A DNA stretch of 31,492 nucleotides from a virus (Duplodnaviria > Caudoviricetes), in the IMG/VR virus record IMGVR_UViG_3300014309_000087, positions 1-31,492 of that record, one strand, 5' to 3'. Positions 24,447 through 31,492 of the stretch are shown here, in pieces (position 1 is the first letter of the stretch; the number at the start of each line of letters is the position of its first letter). A program made the translations under genes and the position numbers. Below the pieces are notes generated by a model. The model did no database searches and was not told where the DNA came from. It saw only the letters and a list, made by a program, of their open reading frames with translations.

Positions 24447-27380
24447 ATGCTGTCAAAAGTGATCTCCGCATTAAAATATCTTGGTTATTACGACATGAAT
24501 TATTATGCGGGAATAAAATGGACGGAAGGGGTTTCCGCTGCAGATAATGAATGGAAAGGGGTGTGCTACGGAAACGGAATGTTTGTGGCGGTTGCACAAA
24601 CGGGAACCGGAAACCGGGTAATGAGTTCGCCGGACGGGATAAACTGGACAATACGGACGTCGGCAGCAGATAACGACTGGAAAAGCGTTTGCTACGGCAA
24701 CGGGATGTTTGTGGCGGTTGCACGATCGGGAACCGGGAACCGGGTGATGACGTCTCCCGATGGAATTACCTGGTCGACAAAGGCGTCGGCTGCCGATAAT
24801 GATTGGGAGTCGGTTTGTTATGGAAGTGAAATATTTGTTGCGGTTGCTTCGACCGGTACCGGAAACCGGGTGATGACCTCAGTTGATGGAGATACCTGGA
24901 CGATACGGGTATCGGCAGCCAATAATGCATGGCGGAGCATGTGTTACGGCAATGGTCTTTTTGTCGCTGTCGCTTCATCGGGAACCGGGAATCGGGTGAT
25001 GACATCGCCTGATGGAATAACCTGGACAATCCGGGTGTCTGCTGCCGACAATACATGGAGAGGTATTTGTTACGGTAACGGTCTTTTTATTGCCGTGGCT
25101 GACAGCGGCGTTGAAAACCGGGTTATGGTTTCTGCAGATGGCATAACGTGGGCAACGAGGACAACGTTTTACGATAATGACTGGCAGGCGGTTTGCTATG
25201 CGCAGGGAAAATATGTTGCCGTGGCCGATAGCGGGACAGGGAATAGGGTGATGTATTCGGACGATACGGTGAGATGGTTTTCTTATGCAATTGAAGAAAA
25301 TGACTGGAATGCGGTTTGTTTTGGAAACGGGCTTTTTGTGGCGGTTGCCGGAAGCGGAACAGGAAACCGGGTAGCCGTATCCGGCAGTCAGAAAGGAGTT
25401 GAACAGATAGAGGGGGTAAATACCGAGCTTGCTTTTATTGTTGAAAGGGCGTTGAAATATCTTGATTATGACAATCCGACGCTGCTGCTGAACTATTGGG
25501 AGGAGAAGATAGCTCCTGCCGATAATAACTGGAGAAGTGTTTGTTACGGCAATGGACTATTCGTTGCTGTAGCGGTAACAGGAACCGGAACCCGGGTGAT
25601 GACGTCGCCCGATGGAATAAACTGGACTTTACGGGCTTCACCTGTTGATAACAACTGGCAGGGCATATGTTATGGAAATGGTCTTTTTGTGGCGGTTGCT
25701 TCATCGGGAACCGGGAACCGGGTGATGACTTCTCCCGATGGAATTACCTGGTCGACAAAATCGTCAGCTGAAGATAATGACTGGTATGGTGTATGTTATG
25801 GAAATGGGCTGTTTGTTGCGGTCGCTTCGAGCGGTACCGGAAACCGGGTAATGACGTCGGAAGATGGTGAAACATGGACAATACGATCATCGGCAGAAAA
25901 TAATTTATGGATTGATGTATGCTATGGAAATGGGCTTTTCGTGGCGGTGGCGAGCAGTGGAACCGGGAATCGGGTAATGACGTCGCCTGACGGAATTACC
26001 TGGACTGCGAGAACGTCGGCGAGCGACAACAACTGGAGGAGTATTTGCTATGGCAACGGTCTCTTTGTCGTAGTGGGTGATGGAACGGGAAATCTGGTAA
26101 TGACGTCAACAGATGGGATAACCTGGACGGGGAGGGCTGCTGCTGCAAGTAACGACTGGAGGGGACTCTGTTACGGAAAAGGGTATTTTGTTGCGACGTC
26201 GACTACGGGAACCGGAAATCGTTTGATGGCGTCGCCTGATGGAATAAACTGGACCAGTAGAGTTACCGGTAGTACTCAGGAGCTGTATGCGGTTGTCTAT
26301 GGAAATGGGACTTTTGTAGCCGTATCGATTACAGCCACCGACAATAAGATACTGATCTGTGGGGCGAATGAAAAAAATGATGAAGTCATCGGGATGAACA
26401 CCGAACTTGAGTTGTTGGTTAAAAGGGCCGTTGCATATCTTGAGTGGGAGAAACCGGTTTATATACTTGAATCGTGGATAGAAGCGGCGACGCCGGGAGA
26501 TAAGAATTTTTATGGTGTTTGCTATGGGAATGGACTTTTTGTAGCAGTAGCGAGAGATGCAGACACGAGCTGCGCAATGGTTAGTTGTGATGGAAAAAAC
26601 TGGACTTTTGGAACCACGATAGCGGAACAATGGAATAAGGTATGCTATGGGAACGGGCTTTTTGTTGCTGTTGCCGACACAGGAACCGGGAACAGGGTAA
26701 TGACGTCGGTTGATGGAATAAACTGGACAACGCGGGTTTCAGCTGCGAACAATGACTGGTTTGGCGTCTGTTATGGTCGTTTTTTCGCCGGAGGTGGAAA
26801 ATTTGTTGCTGTAGCGAGCAGTGGAACAGGGAACCGGGTAATGACGTCGTCCGATGGCATCACGTGGGCGACAAGGACGTCGGCGGCTGATAATAACTGG
26901 AGAAGTGTTTGTTACGGCAATGGACTATTCGTTGCTGTAGCGAGCAGTGGAACAGGGAATAGGGTAATGACGTCGGATGACGGTATAACGTGGACGATAC
27001 GGGCGTCGGCGGAAGATTATGGTTGGAGGGATATTTGTTATGGTAATGGGCTATTTGTAGCTGTTGCGGAAGATGCGGGTGGAAATGGGGTAATGACTTC
27101 CCCCGACGGAATAAACTGGACGTTGAGGGCAGCTGCAAATGACGGTGATTGGTGGGGAGTATGTTATGCAGAAGGTTTTTTTGTAGCGGTGGCAGATTTG
27201 GGAGATGGATCGAGGTTGATGATTTCACCGGATGGAATAAACTGGACTGCAAAAAAAGTGCCGATAGAAAGAAGATGGAAAAATGTTTGTTATGGAAATG
27301 GGGTGTTTGTTGCGGTGGCTGCATTGACAGGAACCGGCTACAGGGCAATGTATTGTGGAAAACAGCGAAATCCTGTTTAA
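24447..27380 (+). CDS. Triple seven-bladed beta-propeller protein (21 repeats; putative adhesin)
   Basis: Three blocks of seven WxxVCYGNGLFVAVASSGTGNRVMTSPDGITWT repeats separated by G[VM]NTEL...RA..YL linkers. Confidence 0.88.
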   Translation: MLSKVISALKYLGYYDMNYYAGIKWTEGVSAADNEWKGVCYGNGMFVAVAQTGTGNRVMSSPDGINWTIRTSAADNDWKSVCYGNGMFVAVARSGTGNRVMTSPDGITWSTKASAADNDWESVCYGSEIFVAVASTGTGNRVMTSVDGDTWTIRVSAANNAWRSMCYGNGLFVAVASSGTGNRVMTSPDGITWTIRVSAADNTWRGICYGNGLFIAVADSGVENRVMVSADGITWATRTTFYDNDWQAVCYAQGKYVAVADSGTGNRVMYSDDTVRWFSYAIEENDWNAVCFGNGLFVAVAGSGTGNRVAVSGSQKGVEQIEGVNTELAFIVERALKYLDYDNPTLLLNYWEEKIAPADNNWRSVCYGNGLFVAVAVTGTGTRVMTSPDGINWTLRASPVDNNWQGICYGNGLFVAVASSGTGNRVMTSPDGITWSTKSSAEDNDWYGVCYGNGLFVAVASSGTGNRVMTSEDGETWTIRSSAENNLWIDVCYGNGLFVAVASSGTGNRVMTSPDGITWTARTSASDNNWRSICYGNGLFVVVGDGTGNLVMTSTDGITWTGRAAAASNDWRGLCYGKGYFVATSTTGTGNRLMASPDGINWTSRVTGSTQELYAVVYGNGTFVAVSITATDNKILICGANEKNDEVIGMNTELELLVKRAVAYLEWEKPVYILESWIEAATPGDKNFYGVCYGNGLFVAVARDADTSCAMVSCDGKNWTFGTTIAEQWNKVCYGNGLFVAVADTGTGNRVMTSVDGINWTTRVSAANNDWFGVCYGRFFAGGGKFVAVASSGTGNRVMTSSDGITWATRTSAADNNWRSVCYGNGLFVAVASSGTGNRVMTSDDGITWTIRASAEDYGWRDICYGNGLFVAVAEDAGGNGVMTSPDGINWTLRAAANDGDWWGVCYAEGFFVAVADLGDGSRLMISPDGINWTAKKVPIERRWKNVCYGNGVFVAVAALTGTGYRAMYCGKQRNPV

Positions 27381-27391
27381 GGTAGGTACTA

Positions 27392-28291
27392 ATGAAATAT
27401 TGCGGTAAATGGACTGATTCCGACGTCATCAAGGCGCATTTGCAGGGGCTTGACGTTACGATCCCCGATGTGTTTGATTGTAGCGTAATATTGAACGGGC
27501 TGAATGAATCGCAATTGCCCGGAACAAATATTGGTGAAAATTCGGAAGTGGTGAAAATACAGAGAACCGAAACGCCTGACGTGACAACGATAATATTGAC
27601 CGGCTCAGTTGAAACGGTGGTTTATCCTTTTCTGGTAAAAGATGAACTGGTAGTGGCGTCCGATGCGATCATGACGACAGTTTATGTCGAAAACCGGGAT
27701 TATATCGTTGATTACACGAGCGGAACGATAAGAAGGGCGTCGACAGGATCAACGATCGTAAGCGGTGCATCGGTGTACGTTTGGTATGTAGCCTATGAGG
27801 TAACGATGAAGGATATTGATTACCGGGTGAATTACGATGATGGAACGATACGGAGAATCGGCGGCACAACGATACCGGAGGGAGCGGAAGTGTTTGTCGA
27901 TTACCGGACCGGAACCGAAACAGTGACCGACGCCCTCATCGAAAGGGCGATCATCGAGGCGGAAACCTTTATGTACGACCGGCTGGACAATCCGGACGTA
28001 ATTGAAAATGCAAGCATTGTTTCTGCGGCAAATTATTATGCGCTTGCCATAATTTGCCTTTCGATGGCGATAAAGGAACTGAAGACGCGGACGGCGACGG
28101 CGGACACGCTGTCGAGACAATGGCGCGATCTTGCAGATTTGTACCAGACGAAGGGAAATGATGCATTCAGGGCGCATGCGATAAAAGGAGTTGCGCTTGA
28201 GGCGGGCGGGGCGATACAGAATAGGGCGGTAAAGGAGCGGACGAGGACAAGGACGAGCCCGACATTGACCGGAGGGACAAGGCCGCGATGA
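27392..28291 (+). CDS. Head-tail adaptor-like protein with two inserted beta repeats
   Basis: N-terminal TDSDVIKAHL and C-terminal TDALIERAIIEAETFMYDRL...AANYYALAIIC resemble gp15/gp6-type adaptors; two DY.V[DN]Y..GTIRR...TI..GA.V.V.Y repeats in between. Confidence 0.6.
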   Translation: MKYCGKWTDSDVIKAHLQGLDVTIPDVFDCSVILNGLNESQLPGTNIGENSEVVKIQRTETPDVTTIILTGSVETVVYPFLVKDELVVASDAIMTTVYVENRDYIVDYTSGTIRRASTGSTIVSGASVYVWYVAYEVTMKDIDYRVNYDDGTIRRIGGTTIPEGAEVFVDYRTGTETVTDALIERAIIEAETFMYDRLDNPDVIENASIVSAANYYALAIICLSMAIKELKTRTATADTLSRQWRDLADLYQTKGNDAFRAHAIKGVALEAGGAIQNRAVKERTRTRTSPTLTGGTRPR

Positions 28292-29319
28292 ACGTCGTTT
28301 TCGAAAGAAGGATATTTGCCTGCGCGATGGATTTTTCCGGAACGGATGATCTTTACTTTTACAAATTGCGGGAAGATACCGCGACATGGGTGGAGGTGCA
28401 TAACGATCCGGGGCAATACTTTACAAAAGCAACGCTCTATGGGTCGTTCAACCCCTTGATAATACTGGTCTTTGATGGTGCGACCCCGGAAATGGCGTAT
28501 GTATCGGTCAACCGGGGGGAGACCTGGGCGGCGTTTCCGACAAGCAGGACGTATTACTGTTTTTTGCCGGTGCAAACCGACATGATTTATGCGGCCACCA
28601 ACAACAAATTGTATTTGTCAATTGATTTTGGCGGAAGCTGGACGGAGGTATGGGAATACAACACGGGGGCGACCGGGGGGCCGATCGAAATCATCCGTTA
28701 TCCGGGCGAAGGGGCGACGCCTGCCCGGTTTGTCATTGTGCATGATGAAGGGGCGGTATTCTGGGCCGACGAGGGCGACTGGACGCCTCACGAAGTCGCG
28801 ACCGGCCTCGCGGCGATTACCAAGGTGCTGGTAAACGGGAATGTGCTGATTGCGTTTACTGATGAAACGTGTGTCACGTCGGTTGACCGCGGGGAGACCT
28901 GGGGCGTCGGCGTAGAATTGGTGCCGTATAAATATTTCATGGACGGGGTGTTTTCGGGAAGGGCAGAAAAGGATATCATTATTGCCTGCAGCGATACGAT
29001 GGTCATGTCGTATGATAACGGGGTGACCTGGAGAATTGGAAAGACAATGGCGGGAACGCTGATTCATTCAATTGCGCATTCAAGGGATTATGAGCTTTTT
29101 GGCGTCAATGAGACCTATGGAAAATTTTACCGGATGAGGGATTACGGCGAAATAATTGACGAATATACGTTTCTTCCCGAAAATACCGACATAAAAGCCC
29201 GGTCGCTGCTGCACATTGGTGAAAAAAGTGGAATTGTTGGGGATAGCGCCGGAACAATCGGCATTACAGGGTGTTCGGACGGGGTAATTGCAATAAAACG
29301 CGGAAGTGGAAGGGAATGA
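28288..29319 (+). CDS. BNR/Asp-box beta-propeller protein
   Basis: SVNRGETW, SIDFGGSW, SVDRGETW, SYDNGVTW. Confidence 0.8.
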   Translation: MNVVFERRIFACAMDFSGTDDLYFYKLREDTATWVEVHNDPGQYFTKATLYGSFNPLIILVFDGATPEMAYVSVNRGETWAAFPTSRTYYCFLPVQTDMIYAATNNKLYLSIDFGGSWTEVWEYNTGATGGPIEIIRYPGEGATPARFVIVHDEGAVFWADEGDWTPHEVATGLAAITKVLVNGNVLIAFTDETCVTSVDRGETWGVGVELVPYKYFMDGVFSGRAEKDIIIACSDTMVMSYDNGVTWRIGKTMAGTLIHSIAHSRDYELFGVNETYGKFYRMRDYGEIIDEYTFLPENTDIKARSLLHIGEKSGIVGDSAGTIGITGCSDGVIAIKRGSGRE

Positions 29320-29609
29320 TGGAGAACATTGTTGTTGTTGGGCAGGATTTGAAGATTATTCTTGACGTCGGCGAGGACATAACGACGGCAACGTTGAAAA
29401 TGATTTATCGAAAACCGAATGAATCGACGGAAAACGAAGTTGATGCAACGTTGTACGAAACAACGATGATGTATTATGACGTGGCCGACACGGTGCTTGA
29501 TAAGGTTGGAAGATGGCTGTTTCGCGCAAAATGGATTGCTGCGGACGGGAAAATATATTTCGGAAAAGTTGTTCCGGTTTTTGTACAGACACGATGGTTT
29601 CCTTTTTAA
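29316..29609 (+). CDS. Small beta-sandwich virion protein (BppU-N-like)
   Basis: Start reassigned to ATG 29316 (ATGA overlap); DIT.AT.K..YRKP...A......YY......LD..G.W..A pattern. Confidence 0.6.
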   Translation: MMENIVVVGQDLKIILDVGEDITTATLKMIYRKPNESTENEVDATLYETTMMYYDVADTVLDKVGRWLFRAKWIAADGKIYFGKVVPVFVQTRWFPF

Positions 29610-29627
29610 ACGGGGGTTGGTATAGCC

Positions 29628-31492
29628 ATGAATTTAAGACAACGGTACTTTGTAAGCAGTATGGCGAACGGAAAAAACGACGTCACGGATGCGGATATTG
29701 AAAAGATAAACGGCATGACCAAAAACGGCCCGTTGAAACCGTTGAAGAAAGAGGAGATCTTCACCCGGAGAATGTATATCCTTGGCGAGGAACCGACAAC
29801 GAAATTATCCGTACATCCGGAAGGAAAAAAGTGTGCGAACGGGGAAACGGTGAACATTTTGAGCGAGATCGCCGAAACGCTTGCCGGCTGTCCGATGATG
29901 GAAGGGCATCGGCTGGACAAGACGCCCTGGGGAAGGATTTATGACGTTCAGATATTGAGTGATGTTGCAGGGTACAAGGGAAAAGTGATACTGGTGTCGT
30001 ATTACTTTCTTCTTGCCGACGGTGGAGAAAGACGGGCTGCGCGAATCGATGGCGGAATCGATGCGGAGGGGTCTGTTTCGTATCGGTTCAAAACGGCGCA
30101 TTGTTCGATATGCGACAAGGAGATGATGATTTCCGGTTTTCTAGGCGTGACCCTGAAACGGATGAAATGCAAACACGAACTCGGCACGGTATACGACGGG
30201 GTGACATGCTACTGGTATCCGAAAGGAATGATGAGTATGGAGGTGTCGATGGTCTTCGCCGGGGCATACCCGAAAACGAAAGGTTTGTTGAGTGTGGAAG
30301 ACATACCGCAGACGCCGGCTGCGCTTGAAATGGCATATGCATGCGAAACGGTTGATCAGGCGTATGAAATGGCATTGATGGATGCGGTCATTGCGAATTA
30401 TTCGAATGGAGGTGATGGAAATGGCGGAAAAAACGGAGGAACAGGAAGTGGAGGAGACGATGACGATGATACCAAAGATGACGGTGGAACCGGAGATAAC
30501 GGTGACGCCGGCGGGAATGCTGGAAGCATCGGCGTAGTGGACTGGAAGAAAGTGATCGCCGAATGTTCACAGCCTATAAAGCCCTTTAAGTCCGGAGCGC
30601 AAAACAATGAATTCTTTGAACTTAGCGGATTTGAAAACTTGACAGGCGTACACCATGTCGAGCCCAAATATGATGGTGTTTTCATGGTGCTTATCAAGCG
30701 TTCGGGAAGAGTTAAAATCATCACCGATGTCATGAGCGAGCATACCAAAAAATTTCCCGGTCTCGTTGCAGATGTTGAAAAAATGAAAGCCGATAATTTC
30801 ATTCTGCACGGAGAAATGGTCAAATATACGGGAAAAAAGAGGGGTACCCATGCAGATGTGTCTGCATATCTGCAATCAAAGGGGCCGTATGAGGACTATC
30901 ATTTGCGCTACAAGCCCTTTGACGTTGCAGTAATGGAGGGTAACGACGTGCGCAATATGACGCTTGTCGAGCGTAGAAAGGTAATGGGTGCGATAAAAGC
31001 GACTTCGCATATGCATCCGGTAAAGTTTTTGGCGGCTGATGGCGGCGCTAAAATCATCGAAGCAATAAAAAAGGTGATGACGCGGGAGGGGGCCATGGTG
31101 AAAGCCGCAGGCATGAAGTTGAATGCCGGCGGGAGAAAGGCGATCATGAAGTGGAAACGGCAGGCCGTCGTCGACGCCAGGGTGGCAAAGGTAAATGAAA
31201 AGAAAAATGGTTTCATTACTTTCACCTGCGAAGTAGGGGCGGAAACCGGGAAGTCATATACGGCGATCGGCGAAACCTACGTAACAAAAATAAAGGCGAA
31301 CGTGGGGGACATAATCACCGTATCGGTTGACAAAGTTACCTATGACGAAGCAACGAAGAGATTCACCTGGTACGCGCCTAAAGTGCTCTATAAGAGAAGC
31401 GATAAAAAGACTCCCGATCCGGCAAGCGTGCTGAAACGGATAGCGGAACGCAAGGTATCCGGAAGCGGCCTTTCGGCGTATGTTCTGCAGGA
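29628..31492 (+). CDS. N-terminal part of 881-aa fusion: prohead-protease-like domain, Gly/Asp linker, ATP-dependent DNA ligase (continues at 2-904)
   Basis: Manual translation from ATG 29628 has no stop to the window end. Protease-like: DIEKING..PLKKEEIF, MEGH, WGRIYD, IDGGIDAEGSVS, CSICD..CKH..G..YDG..C, EVSMVFAGA. Ligase motifs: I EPKYDG (K at 30666), III LHGEMV, IIIa YKPFDV, IV EGAMVK, V MKWKR, then OB fold. Confidence 0.88.
   Translation, partial: MNLRQRYFVSSMANGKNDVTDADIEKINGMTKNGPLKPLKKEEIFTRRMYILGEEPTTKLSVHPEGKKCANGETVNILSEIAETLAGCPMMEGHRLDKTPWGRIYDVQILSDVAGYKGKVILVSYYFLLADGGERRAARIDGGIDAEGSVSYRFKTAHCSICDKEMMISGFLGVTLKRMKCKHELGTVYDGVTCYWYPKGMMSMEVSMVFAGAYPKTKGLLSVEDIPQTPAALEMAYACETVDQAYEMALMDAVIANYSNGGDGNGGKNGGTGSGGDDDDDTKDDGGTGDNGDAGGNAGSIGVVDWKKVIAECSQPIKPFKSGAQNNEFFELSGFENLTGVHHVEPKYDGVFMVLIKRSGRVKIITDVMSEHTKKFPGLVADVEKMKADNFILHGEMVKYTGKKRGTHADVSAYLQSKGPYEDYHLRYKPFDVAVMEGNDVRNMTLVERRKVMGAIKATSHMHPVKFLAADGGAKIIEAIKKVMTREGAMVKAAGMKLNAGGRKAIMKWKRQAVVDARVAKVNEKKNGFITFTCEVGAETGKSYTAIGETYVTKIKANVGDIITVSVDKVTYDEATKRFTWYAPKVLYKRSDKKTPDPASVLKRIAERKVSGSGLSAYVLQ
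31370..31492. repeat. Terminal direct repeat, copy 2
   Basis: Identical to 1-123. Confidence 0.97.

Noticed and set aside
23442-27380. Diversity-generating retroelement or CRISPR array
   Set aside because: Repeats are in-frame protein repeats differing mostly at wobble positions; no reverse transcriptase, no adenine-specific TR/VR pair, no repeat-spacer pattern or cas genes.
15539-31225. Many minus-strand ORFs opposite the structural genes
   Set aside because: Antisense shadows of well-supported + strand genes, with no motifs.

Overview
The window appears to be a complete circular (or circularly permuted) dsDNA bacteriophage genome of about 31,369 bp; bases 1-123 are repeated exactly at 31370-31492. 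It has four blocks: (i) a + strand virion/packaging block from 15576 through the junction to 904 (scaffold-like, decoration-like, major capsid, glycosyltransferase, TerS, TerL, portal, beta-propeller proteins, head-tail adaptor); (ii) a - strand replication block (initiator, DnaB, SAM methyltransferase) beside an iteron-rich putative origin; (iii) a + strand accessory block (small ORFs separated by attC-like sites, a class 3 lipase, WbpD/WbpE-like sugar enzymes behind a wbpB stub); (iv) a - strand array of small genes sharing a leader motif and headed by a SLOG/DprA-like gene. The most striking feature is missed by the ORF track because it crosses the junction: an 881-aa protein (29628 to 904) fusing a prohead-protease-like domain, a Gly/Asp linker, an ATP-dependent DNA ligase, a Pol-beta-type nucleotidyltransferase and a LigD-type 3'-phosphoesterase. 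I recognised no integrase, tail tube, sheath, tape measure, endolysin, tRNA or CRISPR array. All family calls come from reading motifs by eye, not from database searches.
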